DNA from: Patescibacteria group bacterium
Lineage (GTDB): Bacteria > Patescibacteriota > Microgenomatia > UBA1400 > 2-01-FULL-45-11
NCBI GenBank assembly: GCA_042569595.1
Contig: JBHPHI010000001.1
Location: forward strand, 8,326 to 72,325
Length of the DNA: 64,000 nucleotides
Reading direction: 5' to 3'
Part shown: positions 41,537-51,124 of the stretch, piece by piece
How positions within the stretch are numbered: the stretch's first letter is position 1
How the letters are laid out: each line of letters opens with the position of its first letter
The notes under the pieces: generated by a model
Told to the model about the DNA's origin: nothing
Seen by the model: only the letters and a program-made list of their open reading frames with translations
Database searches by the model: none
Program-made: the position numbers and the translations under genes

Positions 41537-42316
41537 ATGAAGAAAAAAATTGCATCCATAATATCAATCCTTTCATTTTTACTTATTTTATCTCTAACGA
41601 GTGCTGTCATGGCTCAGGAAGAAAGTACTGATAGCGGGCAAATAAACGACGAAGAAATCAGCAAGAGCATTAAAGAAAGAATAAAAAAAGTCGCCACAAA
41701 AGCAGGATCATTAATAATTGAAAAGAGAAAAATAGCTCTCATCGGCAGTGTAGAAAAAATTGCAAACGATACCTTAACAATTAAAACAAAAGACGAAATA
41801 AAGCTTGCCAGCGTTTCCGCCACAACGGTGTTCGTAAGAAGCCCAGGAAACACTAATCAAAAATTAGAAGACGTATCAATAAATGATTACGCGATAGCGA
41901 TGGGATTTATAAATGGCTCTGATGTCCTAGAAACCAAAAGAGTTCTTCTTTACTCAAAGGCTCCAGAAAAAACCAAAAAAACCTCAATTGCAGGAGTAAT
42001 CTCATATATAGATGAGGATGAAGATGCCGTAAGCATCATCTCCAACCAAGAAGAGATTGTACTAGAACTAACCTCCTCAACAGACCTAAGTATTCAACAA
42101 GGGACACAAGTTAACGAAATTGACCTATCTAATTTAGAGTTAGGCCAATACGTTACAACCATTTACATCCCCACCAATGACGAATACTCCACACCCAAAG
42201 CTTTAACCATCCTTGCTTCAACCATAAAAAAAGACATTGAAACTATCCAAAGTGAACAAGCCTCAGAAAGCGCCAAAATCGAAGAAGAATCTATCCCCCC
42301 AGAACTTGCTCTCTAA
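41537..42316 (+). CDS. secreted hypothetical protein
   Basis: Signal peptide MKKKIASIISILSFLLILSLTSAVMA|QE; the track ORF 41480 overlaps the previous gene. Confidence 0.45.
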   Translation: MKKKIASIISILSFLLILSLTSAVMAQEESTDSGQINDEEISKSIKERIKKVATKAGSLIIEKRKIALIGSVEKIANDTLTIKTKDEIKLASVSATTVFVRSPGNTNQKLEDVSINDYAIAMGFINGSDVLETKRVLLYSKAPEKTKKTSIAGVISYIDEDEDAVSIISNQEEIVLELTSSTDLSIQQGTQVNEIDLSNLELGQYVTTIYIPTNDEYSTPKALTILASTIKKDIETIQSEQASESAKIEEESIPPELAL

Positions 42317-42317
42317 A

Positions 42318-42346
42318 TTGACAACACAACTAATCAAAAGTAAAAT
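42318..42346 (+). promoter_or_regulatory. near-consensus sigma70-type promoter of the hisS leader
   Basis: TTGACA (42318-23) - 17 nt - TAAAAT (42341-46), immediately after the upstream stop codon. Confidence 0.6.
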
Positions 42347-42356
42347 ACTCAAAATC

Positions 42357-42431
42357 ATGAAAAACACATACAAAACCACAAAACATCACCACACTCATAC
42401 ATTTAGGCGGGTGTCTTTTGTCATGCATTAA
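42357..42431 (+). CDS. candidate 24-aa His-rich leader peptide MKNTYKTTKHHHTHTFRRVSFVMH
   Basis: ATG 10 nt after the -10 hexamer; His at 4 of 5 consecutive codons (42384-42398); lies between the promoter and the attenuator hairpins upstream of hisS. Confidence 0.5.
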   Translation: MKNTYKTTKHHHTHTFRRVSFVMH

Positions 42432-42478
42432 AAAATAAAAACAAATAGTTAATCACCCGCCACCGAGCGGGTTTTTTA
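42406..42478 (+). promoter_or_regulatory. candidate transcription attenuator (antiterminator/terminator alternative) upstream of hisS
   Basis: GGCGGGTG (42406-13) pairs with CACCCGCC (42454-61), or ACCCGC (42455-60) pairs with GCGGGT (42467-72) followed by TTTTT. Confidence 0.55.
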
Positions 42479-42580
42479 TTGTGGACCCTGAATTCTACGA
42501 GTAAAACGAGCAAGAATTCAGTTGGTACGCAAGATGCAAAGACATAAAACAATAAAAATATAATTTTAGGAGATGCTACA

Positions 42581-43825
42581 ATGAAAAATATGAGAAAAAC
42601 ACCACAAACCCTAAAGGGTTTTAGAGACTTCTTACCTGAGGAAAAAATAAGAAGAGATTTTGTAATGGGAAAAGTTCTTGAGGTGTTCAAAAAATTTGGT
42701 TTTGAGCCTCTTGAAACTCCAACCCTAGAATACGCCTCCCTTCTCTTAGGAAAGTATGGAGAAGAAGCAGATAAGCTTGTCTACACATTCAAAGATCAAG
42801 GCGATAGAGAAATTGGCTTAAGATACGACCAAACAGTCCCGACAGCAAGAGTTCTTGCTCAATATCAAGGAATGCTACCTAAATACTTTAGGAGGTATCA
42901 GGTCCAAAATGTATTCAGAGCTGAAAAGCCACAAAAAGGTAGGTATAGAGAATTTACTCAATGCGATATAGACATTTTTGGATCTACATCCCCCACCTCA
43001 GATGCTGAAATAGTCGCCTGTACTTATTTTGCTTTTGAAAATGTGGGTTATCCCAACATCGTTATCAAAATAAATGATAGGCAAGTTCTTTTAGAAAATC
43101 TAAAGCCGTTTGAAAAAGATGGCGTTTCCACTCTTTCAATAATTCAATCAATAGATAAGTTGGATAAAAAATCTAAAGATGAAGTCGTAAGTGAGTTGAT
43201 AAAAAAAGGCTTAGATCAAAATGACGCCAAAAAGGCCATAGAGTCTATAGAAAATGCGACTATTTCAAAAAATTTGCAATCAATTATTGATTCCTCTGTT
43301 AGTCTTGGAGTTCCTGAAGAAAACATAAGATTCACTCCCGAATTAGCCAGAGGTCTAGACTATTACACCGGCATGATTTTTGAAGTAATTATTCCAGAAT
43401 ACCCAGTAGGGTCTTTTGGCGGTGGTGGAAGATACGATAATCTCATTGAGCAACTTGGCGGAAATAAAACTCCAGCAGTTGGAATAGCTTTTGGTTTCGA
43501 TCGCATGGTCGAAGCAGCACAGGAGCTAGAACTCATACCTGCAAACAATCTTGGATCTCAAGTTTTGATTACATTGTTTCCGGGATATGAAAATAAGTCT
43601 CTAAAAGCAGCCAGCAAACTAAGAAAGGCTGGCATCAAAACCGAAGTATTTACCGATCCAGACAAACTCGGAAAACAATTTAAATACGCTAACACCAGGA
43701 AAATTCCTTATGTGCTTGTTATCGGAGAAGATGAGGCCAAAAACAACAAGGTCACCCTCAAAAACATGGATTCTGGTGATCAGGAAGTCATCACTCTTGA
43801 CGATGTTATTTCGCGTCTGACATAG
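42581..43825 (+). CDS. hisS: histidine--tRNA ligase
   Basis: PKGFRDFLPEE, class II motifs (...RYDQTVP..., ...FRAEKPQKGRYREF.Q...), GGGGRYD, anticodon-binding C-terminal domain. AGGAG Shine-Dalgarno. Confidence 0.95.
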   Translation: MKNMRKTPQTLKGFRDFLPEEKIRRDFVMGKVLEVFKKFGFEPLETPTLEYASLLLGKYGEEADKLVYTFKDQGDREIGLRYDQTVPTARVLAQYQGMLPKYFRRYQVQNVFRAEKPQKGRYREFTQCDIDIFGSTSPTSDAEIVACTYFAFENVGYPNIVIKINDRQVLLENLKPFEKDGVSTLSIIQSIDKLDKKSKDEVVSELIKKGLDQNDAKKAIESIENATISKNLQSIIDSSVSLGVPEENIRFTPELARGLDYYTGMIFEVIIPEYPVGSFGGGGRYDNLIEQLGGNKTPAVGIAFGFDRMVEAAQELELIPANNLGSQVLITLFPGYENKSLKAASKLRKAGIKTEVFTDPDKLGKQFKYANTRKIPYVLVIGEDEAKNNKVTLKNMDSGDQEVITLDDVISRLT

Positions 43826-43832
43826 TTACCTA

Positions 43833-44741
43833 ATGAGTAAAAAGAGAAAAATTGCATACCTAGCTGCAGTTGGAAACGCTCTTATTTGGGGAGCAGCCCT
43901 GCCCTTAGTAAAGCCGTCCCTATCTCACATCACCCCATATCAATTCTTATTTTTAAGATTTTTAGTTGCAGCTCCCCTACTTTTTCCTTTTCTAATCAAA
44001 GGAATACTCAAACAAAAAAGGCTTGTAAAGGCTCTACCAAAAATTGTCCTGATTGAAGTTCTCTCCATGACCGTACTATTTATTATTTATCTGGGTTTAG
44101 AAAAAACTTCAGCACTTCAAGCTTCTTTCTTTTTAAACACCAAGCCAATATTTACAACCCTAGCAGGGATTCTCATCCTAAAAGAAGTTGAGGAAAGAAA
44201 CGAGCTTATTGGCTTAATTTTTTCCGTCATCGGCACCGCATTAGTTATCTCAACTCCCTTATTTTTCGGAAAACAGCTTGCAGACTCAGAATTCTCTTTA
44301 TTTGGAAACGGCCTGATTTTTTCTGCTCTACTGCTAGACGTAATTAGATTAATTTACGTAAACAAAATTTACGACAAGCAAGACAAGCTCAACGTTGTTT
44401 CAATTAGCACTCTAATTGGCCTAATCTATTTTGCTCTCGTCTCATCTCTTACAGGAGATTTCCCCAGCCTTTCTGTGCTTCAAATACCATCAGTCTTGAT
44501 TCCCGTATTGTATATGGGCACTTTAGGAACCATCGTTGCTTTTACTCTTCAGTATGTCGCCTACACTCAAATAGAAACCTCAGAAGCCTCACTTTTTTCA
44601 TACCTTCAACCTCTCGTCTACATTCCTCTCTCAGTTATTTGGCTCAAAGAAACTCTACTACCCACACAACTTATTGGCATCATCATTATTGCCTTTGGAG
44701 TATTCATAGCAGAAAGAAGAATCAAAAAAAAGCGGGCATAA
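43833..44741 (+). CDS. EamA/DMT-family transporter
   Basis: 10 TM helices in two EamA-like halves. Confidence 0.8.
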   Translation: MSKKRKIAYLAAVGNALIWGAALPLVKPSLSHITPYQFLFLRFLVAAPLLFPFLIKGILKQKRLVKALPKIVLIEVLSMTVLFIIYLGLEKTSALQASFFLNTKPIFTTLAGILILKEVEERNELIGLIFSVIGTALVISTPLFFGKQLADSEFSLFGNGLIFSALLLDVIRLIYVNKIYDKQDKLNVVSISTLIGLIYFALVSSLTGDFPSLSVLQIPSVLIPVLYMGTLGTIVAFTLQYVAYTQIETSEASLFSYLQPLVYIPLSVIWLKETLLPTQLIGIIIIAFGVFIAERRIKKKRA

Positions 44742-44752
44742 AACCCGCTTTT
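44731..44752. terminator. bidirectional terminator between the EamA transporter gene and eno
   Basis: AGCGGG cataaaa CCCGCT, then TTT; preceded by an A-run. Confidence 0.65.
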
Positions 44753-44773
44753 ATATCTGTTTTCTAAATCCAA

Positions 44774-46057
44774 CTACTTAAAAGGAAACTCTGCATAACT
44801 AGCCTTATTTCCCAACTCTCTTTCAATTCTCATTAATTGATTATATTTTGCAACTCTATCTGACCTAGATAGTGATCCTGTTTTTATCTGACCAGCGCCA
44901 GCACCTACTACAAAGTCAGCAATGAAAGCATCCTCAGATTCACCCGACCTATGCGACACAACGGAAGTAAATCCGGCAGAATTTGCCAATTTCATAGTTT
45001 CAACAGTCTCAGTTACAGTTCCGATTTGATTCAATTTGATCAATATAGAATTTGCAGCTTTCTCGTCTATTCCTCTTTGCAAAATCTTCTTGTTCGTAAC
45101 AAACAAATCATCTCCTACAATTTGTAATTTTTCACCTAATTTTTCTGTCATCAAAGAAAAGCCCTTCCAGTCGTCTTCTGCCAAGCCATCTTCTATTGAA
45201 ACAATCGGATATTTCTCTACCCAAGATGCATACAGATCAACCATTTCCTCAGAAGACAACTTCTTTTCCTCTACAGAAAGATCATATACTCCATCAACAT
45301 AAAACTCACTTGCTGCCGGATCCATGGCGATATAAATATCACTACCTGGCTCATATCCAGCTCTCTCTATAGCTTCCATGATCAATTTAAGTGGCTCCTC
45401 ATTGCTGCCCAATGAAGGAGCATATCCCCCTTCATCTCCAACCGTAGTCTGAAGACCCTTGCTTTTTAGAATTTTTCCCAACGCATGGAAAGTCTCTGCT
45501 CCATATCTTACAGCCTCCACAACTGATGGGGCTCCTGCCGGCATTATCATATACTCTTGCATGTCAGAAGCACCCAGTGCATGCTTACCTCCATTCAAAA
45601 CATTCATCATTGGAACTGGAGTTTTAAAAGAAGACTCATCGTTTCCAAAAAAAGAAGCTACATGTAAGTGTAAAGGAACTTCTTTTTCTAAAGACGCAGC
45701 CTTAGCACAAGCCATAGAAACAGACAGCATTGCATTTGCACCTAGGTTGCTCTTATTTTCTGTTCCATCAAGATCCAACATCTTTTTGTCTATACCCTCT
45801 TGATCAGAAACGTCCATTCCAACAACTTCTTTTTGTATCATTTCATTTACATTAGTAACTGCTTTAGTCACTCCTTTTCCAAGATATCTACCCTCATCTC
45901 CATCCCTCAACTCCAGAGCCTCATTCTTTCCAGTCGAAGCACCAGAAGGCACTATTGCAGAGGCGTATGTTCCACTAACCAAAACTACCATCGTATCAAC
46001 TGTAGGATTACCTCTAGAATCCAAAACTTCTTGTGCCAATACTTTCGAAATTTTCAT
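44774..46057 (-). CDS. eno: enolase
   Basis: ...[13 protein letters not shown]..., ...SHRSGESED..., ...[10 protein letters not shown].... Confidence 0.96.
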   Translation of the reverse strand: MKISKVLAQEVLDSRGNPTVDTMVVLVSGTYASAIVPSGASTGKNEALELRDGDEGRYLGKGVTKAVTNVNEMIQKEVVGMDVSDQEGIDKKMLDLDGTENKSNLGANAMLSVSMACAKAASLEKEVPLHLHVASFFGNDESSFKTPVPMMNVLNGGKHALGASDMQEYMIMPAGAPSVVEAVRYGAETFHALGKILKSKGLQTTVGDEGGYAPSLGSNEEPLKLIMEAIERAGYEPGSDIYIAMDPAASEFYVDGVYDLSVEEKKLSSEEMVDLYASWVEKYPIVSIEDGLAEDDWKGFSLMTEKLGEKLQIVGDDLFVTNKKILQRGIDEKAANSILIKLNQIGTVTETVETMKLANSAGFTSVVSHRSGESEDAFIADFVVGAGAGQIKTGSLSRSDRVAKYNQLMRIERELGNKASYAEFPFK

Positions 46058-46189
46058 TTATCTCCTTTTGTTTTATGACAATCCCAATTATTGAACCCTT
46101 TCTTCATTCAGTCAATACCTCCAAAAAGGTAGTAAAACTAGAAAAAATTTGCTACAATTCCCTCCTGTTAGTAAATAAACAATAAAAAC

Positions 46190-46513
46190 ATGAAATCAGA
46201 CACCCATCCCAAGTGGCACGAAGCTGTCGTTACTTGTGCCTGTGGTAATACTTTTACTACCGGATCAACCAAAAAATCACTAGAGATAGATATTTGTTCA
46301 GAATGTCATCCTTTCTTCACTGGAGAGATGCGTTTTGTGGATACTCAAGGACGTGTCGAAAAATTCCAAGCCAAACAAAAAGCTGCAGCAAAAATTACCT
46401 CTACAAAAAAGCAAAAAGCAGACAAGAAGAAACAGCAAGTTCGACCTCAAAGCTTGAAAGAGATGCTTCTCAAAGAAAAAAAGAGAATAGAAAAATCAGA
46501 AAAATCTTCCTAA
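46190..46513 (+). CDS. rpmE: ribosomal protein L31 (Zn-ribbon type) with Lys-rich C-terminal extension
   Basis: [22 protein letters not shown]...[10 protein letters not shown]. Confidence 0.9.
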   Translation: MKSDTHPKWHEAVVTCACGNTFTTGSTKKSLEIDICSECHPFFTGEMRFVDTQGRVEKFQAKQKAAAKITSTKKQKADKKKQQVRPQSLKEMLLKEKKRIEKSEKSS

Positions 46514-46559
46514 CCTAACGAAATTTCCATATATGTTACCCTGTTAAGAAGGAGTATGT

Positions 46560-47465
46560 ATGTCTTTGCATGACGAAATCAAAAGAATAGACGAAAAAAT
46601 AAAAGAGCATCAAGAACTCCAAAACGACCCCGAACTCGCATCTCTTGTAAAAGAGGAAATAGAAGCTCTTAAAACCCAAAAACAGGCCATTCAGCAGGCT
46701 CTAGACGCCATGAATGGAAGTAGCGAGAGCGAAGCTGGTCCAATATCTATGGATGGAAAAAGTGCAACACTAGAAATAAGGGCTGGCGCCGGCGGAGATG
46801 AAGCAAAAATTTGGGCAGAAGATTTAATGCGCATGTACTCTAGGTATTTAGAAACCAAAAAATACAAAGTTCAACCAATTGACTCAGGAACCATAAAAAT
46901 CGTAGGAAAAAATGCGTACGGAAACCTAAAGTTTGAATCAGGTGTGCATAGAGTCCAAAGAGTCCCCGCCACCGAATCTCAAGGTAGAGTCCACACCAGC
47001 ACAGCCTCAGTCGTCGTTCTTCCAGAAGTTCCCAAAGCTGCCGTTGAAGTGAAAGAAGAAGATTTAAACTGGCAATTCTATCGTTCTGGCGGAGCCGGAG
47101 GTCAAAACGTAAACAAAGTAAACACCGCAGTTAGGCTTACACATAAACCAAGCGGAATTGTGGTAGCCTGCACACAAGAAAGAACTCAGCAAAGAAACAG
47201 AGATATTGCCTTAGAGCTAATCCGCGCACAACTATGGGAAGTTGCAGAAGAAAACAGACAAAAAGAAATCGATTCAACTAGAAAATCAGCTGTTGGTCGC
47301 GGCATGAGGGCTGAAAAAATCAGGACCTACAACTATCCTCAAAACAGAGTCACCGACCACAGAAACAAAAAATCCTGGATTGAACTCGACTCCATCATGG
47401 AGGGAGGAATCGAAAAAATAATAAAATCCCTTAAGGAGTTTGATCAAGAAAACTCAGAAGAATAA
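46560..47465 (+). CDS. prfA: peptide chain release factor 1 (short N-terminal domain)
   Basis: RVPATESQGRVHTS (PxT tripeptide motif of RF1), SGGAGGQNVNKV (GGQ). Confidence 0.85.
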   Translation: MSLHDEIKRIDEKIKEHQELQNDPELASLVKEEIEALKTQKQAIQQALDAMNGSSESEAGPISMDGKSATLEIRAGAGGDEAKIWAEDLMRMYSRYLETKKYKVQPIDSGTIKIVGKNAYGNLKFESGVHRVQRVPATESQGRVHTSTASVVVLPEVPKAAVEVKEEDLNWQFYRSGGAGGQNVNKVNTAVRLTHKPSGIVVACTQERTQQRNRDIALELIRAQLWEVAEENRQKEIDSTRKSAVGRGMRAEKIRTYNYPQNRVTDHRNKKSWIELDSIMEGGIEKIIKSLKEFDQENSEE

Positions 47466-47466
47466 A

Positions 47467-48648
47467 CTAACTACCGCTCTCTTTTAACTCAACTTCCACT
47501 TTTTTTGTCTCACCATCTCGATAGTATTCTATTTCCACCACGTCGCCGATTTTCTTTTTATTTATCATTTCAGCCAAACCCTGCTCCTCAGAGACTACCA
47601 CACCATCAAATTTCATCACAATATCTCCTTGCACAATGCCTGCGTCTGCTGCAGCTCCACCCTCAACCACTTCTACGATAAAAGCTCCCTTTGGAACATT
47701 GTTTAGTATTGCCGTTTCCTCAGGAATTATTCTATATCTCACGCCCAAAAATGGCCTGCTAAATTGCCCTGTTTGGTTAAAATTTTCCAAACTAGATTTC
47801 ACCACATTTATAGGAATTGCAAAACCAATATTTTCTCCTGCTGCAGAAACAGCAGTATTCACACCAATCACACGACCCGAACTATCAAGAAGCGGTCCAC
47901 CCGAATTTCCTGGGTTTATGGCTGCATCTGTTTGAATAACATTATCAAGTTCCTCAACGTATCCACCAAATCCATTTCCTGCCTGAATTCCTCTTCCAAG
48001 ACCCGACACAACACCTGTTGTCACAGTGTGTCGAAACTCCCCAAGAGCGGTGCCTATTGCCACCACAAACTGACCCACCTTCAAACCACTACTATCACCT
48101 AGCTCTATTGGCTTCATGTCAGCGTTTACTCTCAAAATAGCAAGATCGTTTACAGGATCTCTATATATATTTGAGACCTCATACTCTTCGCCATCTTTAT
48201 TTATCACCCTGTATGTAGCCTGAGGGTCAGAAACAACATGCTTGTTCGTTACAATTATTCCTCCCTCATCCACAACAAAACCAGTCCCTATGTCACGCTC
48301 AATTGTCTCTGTTCTGCCACCTCCCCTCCCAAAAGGAGATCCAAATATTCCAAAAGGATCCATAAAGAAGGGTTCAAGAACTTGCTGTTCTTTAGTGATT
48401 GCAACCGTAACAACAGAACTAGAAGCAGTATCCGCCACATCAATAACAACAGACTCTTCTTGCAAGATCTTTTGTGTTATTGTCTGAGGTTCCTGAATTC
48501 TAAAATTTCCACCCTTTGGCACTAAATAGTCCAAAGGCTTTATTACAAACAATCTATCTGCAACAGCACCACCCAAAAATGAAGCAATTAACACCACGAA
48601 AAACAAAACAGTTGTTACTCTCCTACCCCAATGTTCTTTATTGACCAT
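47467..48648 (-). CDS. htrA: HtrA/DegP-family serine protease with PDZ domain
   Basis: TM anchor, ...GTGFVV...TNKHV..., ...DAAINPGNSGGPL..., C-terminal PDZ. Confidence 0.88.
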   Translation of the reverse strand: MVNKEHWGRRVTTVLFFVVLIASFLGGAVADRLFVIKPLDYLVPKGGNFRIQEPQTITQKILQEESVVIDVADTASSSVVTVAITKEQQVLEPFFMDPFGIFGSPFGRGGGRTETIERDIGTGFVVDEGGIIVTNKHVVSDPQATYRVINKDGEEYEVSNIYRDPVNDLAILRVNADMKPIELGDSSGLKVGQFVVAIGTALGEFRHTVTTGVVSGLGRGIQAGNGFGGYVEELDNVIQTDAAINPGNSGGPLLDSSGRVIGVNTAVSAAGENIGFAIPINVVKSSLENFNQTGQFSRPFLGVRYRIIPEETAILNNVPKGAFIVEVVEGGAAADAGIVQGDIVMKFDGVVVSEEQGLAEMINKKKIGDVVEIEYYRDGETKKVEVELKESGS

Positions 48649-48692
48649 AAAATATGTATAAAAAATTATTTATAATTTGTAAAGTCGCAACT

Positions 48693-49970
48693 CTACAATG
48701 TTTCAATTGCTTTCTGCAATTGTACGTCAATTATTAGATCTTCTTCATTCTCGGGCTCTTCAAGCTCCACCTCAACACTTGGTTCAATTCCTTCATCATG
48801 TATCCAATCTCCACCAGGAAGCAACCATCTTGCAATAGTCACATGTAGGCCTGCATTTCCTCTAAGATCCATAGCATCCTGAACTGTCCCTTTTCCAAAA
48901 CTTCTTGTTCCCACCAACTCAGCGTCTATTCTGTCTCGCAAAGCACCTGCAACAATTTCACTCGCAGAAGCACTGCCTTTATTCATTAAAACTACAACTG
49001 GAAAATCTATTAATCTTCCCTGCCTTCTTACACTGTAGGTTTCTGTTGTAAATCTACCTTGCTGCTGAACCACAACCCCTTCATCAATAAATTCACTCGC
49101 AATATATATTGCACTCTGAACATATCCGCCAGGGTTATTCCTAAAGTCAACTATAACACCATCGAGTTGTGATCTATTTCTGAGAATATCATCCACACCA
49201 TCATCCCACTGAGTGTTCGTATTCTCTCCAAACCTATTTACCTTCAACCACGCAACGCTTCCATCAGCATTTTCTACAAACTCTTCCCCCTCCCAACGAC
49301 CAATTTTAAGCTCAACAGAAGGAACTGTTATGGTTCCACGCACCACCTCAACATCAAAAGTGCCTTTGCTTTCTCTGTATAAAGTCAAAGTAATAGGGGT
49401 TCCCTTCTTCCCTCGAATATTCGTCACTGCCTCAGAAAGACTCATTCCATCAGTGTCTATATCTAGCTCCTTCTCCTCATCCTTTAAATGAAGTATTAAG
49501 TCACCGGCTTTTATGCCTTTCTTCATCGCTGGAGTATCTTCTAAAGGAGCTATTACAGCTAAAGTTTTATCAATATACCCAAGTTGAATACCAACACCTC
49601 CAAATTCACCATTCAAGTCTTCTTTAGATTTCTTGTTATCAGTTGGGGGTAAAAACACAGTATAAGGATCTCCCAAAGAAGAAGTCATTCCTTTTATTGC
49701 GCCGTATACCATCTGTTGTGAATCCAGTTTATCTTTATCTAAATATGTCCTAGAAAGCTGATCCCAAACCTCCCAAAACATAGAAAAGTCTACATTCTCA
49801 GGCTTTAGTTCAAGCTGGTTAACAATTCTTATCGCCGGAGATCCTTCTTCCTTTAAAAACTGAACATCCCTCGTTCCAAAAAAATACCCAACTCCACCGC
49901 CAATCAACAACAGAATCAATGATATAGAAACAGTTCGAATAGTCTTTAGCTTAATTCGCATACAGAACAT
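48693..49970 (-). CDS. ctp: S41 C-terminal processing peptidase
   Basis: PDZ segment (...GIKAGDLI...), ...DFRNNPGGY..., ...NKGSASASEI.AGAL.... Confidence 0.88.
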   Translation of the reverse strand: MFCMRIKLKTIRTVSISLILLLIGGGVGYFFGTRDVQFLKEEGSPAIRIVNQLELKPENVDFSMFWEVWDQLSRTYLDKDKLDSQQMVYGAIKGMTSSLGDPYTVFLPPTDNKKSKEDLNGEFGGVGIQLGYIDKTLAVIAPLEDTPAMKKGIKAGDLILHLKDEEKELDIDTDGMSLSEAVTNIRGKKGTPITLTLYRESKGTFDVEVVRGTITVPSVELKIGRWEGEEFVENADGSVAWLKVNRFGENTNTQWDDGVDDILRNRSQLDGVIVDFRNNPGGYVQSAIYIASEFIDEGVVVQQQGRFTTETYSVRRQGRLIDFPVVVLMNKGSASASEIVAGALRDRIDAELVGTRSFGKGTVQDAMDLRGNAGLHVTIARWLLPGGDWIHDEGIEPSVEVELEEPENEEDLIIDVQLQKAIETL

Positions 49971-50019
49971 CTTACCACTTATGAGGTACTAGCTAAACAA
50001 CAAAAATGAATAGAAAAAA

Positions 50020-50220
50020 TTATCTTAAAGTTTGAGTGTAAGGAAGCAATCCAAGATGTCTTGCTCTTTTTATCTCTCTGGTCAAAACTCTTTGTTCCTT
50101 CGCCGTCAAACCACTTTTTGATCTAGGTTGAATCTTTCCCCTATCATCAACATGCTTTGACAAAGCTTTGGGATCCTTGTATGAAATTACAAGTTGTTTC
50201 TTAGTTTCTTCTTTTGCCAT
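50020..50220 (-). CDS. rpsR: ribosomal protein S18
   Basis: ...GKIQPRSKSGLTAKEQRVLTREIKRARHLGLLPY. Confidence 0.93.
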   Translation of the reverse strand: MAKEETKKQLVISYKDPKALSKHVDDRGKIQPRSKSGLTAKEQRVLTREIKRARHLGLLPYTQTLR

Positions 50221-50222
50221 AA

Positions 50223-50759
50223 TTAAAATGGAATGTCATCAGTTGACACTTCCTCCTTCTCTTTTTTTGCTTTCATTGGTTTTGATTCTTCTGCCTCTAA
50301 AGCATCACCAACTAAATCAGCTGGCGCTTCTTCTACTACAGTTTCCTCCACTGGAGACTCCGCAACAGGAGCAGCAGCGCTTGAATATGATCCTGAGCCA
50401 GAATTATCATAACCATTCTTTGGAGCGCCAAGGGCGATCATGCTATCGATTACTATTTCTGTAGTTTCACGATCTTGACCTTCTTGAGTTTGCCATTTTC
50501 TGTTTTGAATTCTTCCCTCAACATATGCTTTTCTTCCCTTTGACAATATTTGGGAACAAATCTCTGCCAACTTTGACCAAGCCACTATTCTATGAAATTC
50601 AGTTTCTTCCTGTCTTTCAGACCCATCACTTGGTTGCCAACTTCTATTAGTTGCCAATCCAAAAGTACACACTGCAGTGCCTTGTGGAGTATATCTCAAC
50701 TCAGGATCTCGGGTTAAATTCCCGATTAACATTATTTTATTAAGTGATCGAACGGACAT
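50223..50759 (-). CDS. ssb: single-stranded DNA-binding protein
   Basis: NKIMLIGNLTRDPELRYTPQGTAVC.F.LATNR OB fold, acidic tail ending DDIPF. Confidence 0.93.
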   Translation of the reverse strand: MSVRSLNKIMLIGNLTRDPELRYTPQGTAVCTFGLATNRSWQPSDGSERQEETEFHRIVAWSKLAEICSQILSKGRKAYVEGRIQNRKWQTQEGQDRETTEIVIDSMIALGAPKNGYDNSGSGSYSSAAAPVAESPVEETVVEEAPADLVGDALEAEESKPMKAKKEKEEVSTDDIPF

Positions 50760-50771
50760 ATCTATCTCCTC

Positions 50772-51056
50772 TTACTCCGTAACTACTAACAACGATCTCA
50801 TAACTGAAGGAAGGTGTTTTATTTTCCCTCCAAGTTCATTTACTCCCTCACCTGGAAGATTCACCACGAAATGTCTATACATGCCGCGCTGGTATTTGTT
50901 TATGGTATAAGCAAGTGTTTTTTCTCCCCAATCTTCAGTCTCAACGACTTTACCCTTAACAGACTTAACCAATTTCTCTATAGATTTGATCGAGGCTGCT
51001 AAGTTATCTGAAGAAAGTCCGGGAGGTAAAACCACCGTTAATTCGTACTTTTTCAT
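50772..51056 (-). CDS. rpsF: ribosomal protein S6
   Basis: MKKYELTVVL...WGEKTLAYTINKYQRG.Y; rpsF-ssb-rpsR operon order. Confidence 0.9.
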   Translation of the reverse strand: MKKYELTVVLPPGLSSDNLAASIKSIEKLVKSVKGKVVETEDWGEKTLAYTINKYQRGMYRHFVVNLPGEGVNELGGKIKHLPSVMRSLLVVTE

Positions 51057-51124
51057 TACACTTTCTATTTTTCTCTTAAAGACTTCCGAATTGTAACACA
51101 AGCTTTTTAATATTTACAACCCCT

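Noticed and set aside
42515-42535. Possible T-box element upstream of hisS (TTGGTACGCAAG resembles part of the T-box GGUGGUACCGCG).
   Set aside because: The match is only partial, with one C missing. There is no specifier loop/AGAGA/GNUGGA architecture, and no terminator follows it. The terminator lies upstream of this segment, which is the wrong order for a T-box.
42421-42690. 89-aa minus-strand ORF spanning the hisS leader and the hisS start.
   Set aside because: It overlaps the hisS N-terminus antisense and the promoter/terminator elements. Its composition is hydrophobic and low-complexity. The region is better explained as regulatory RNA.
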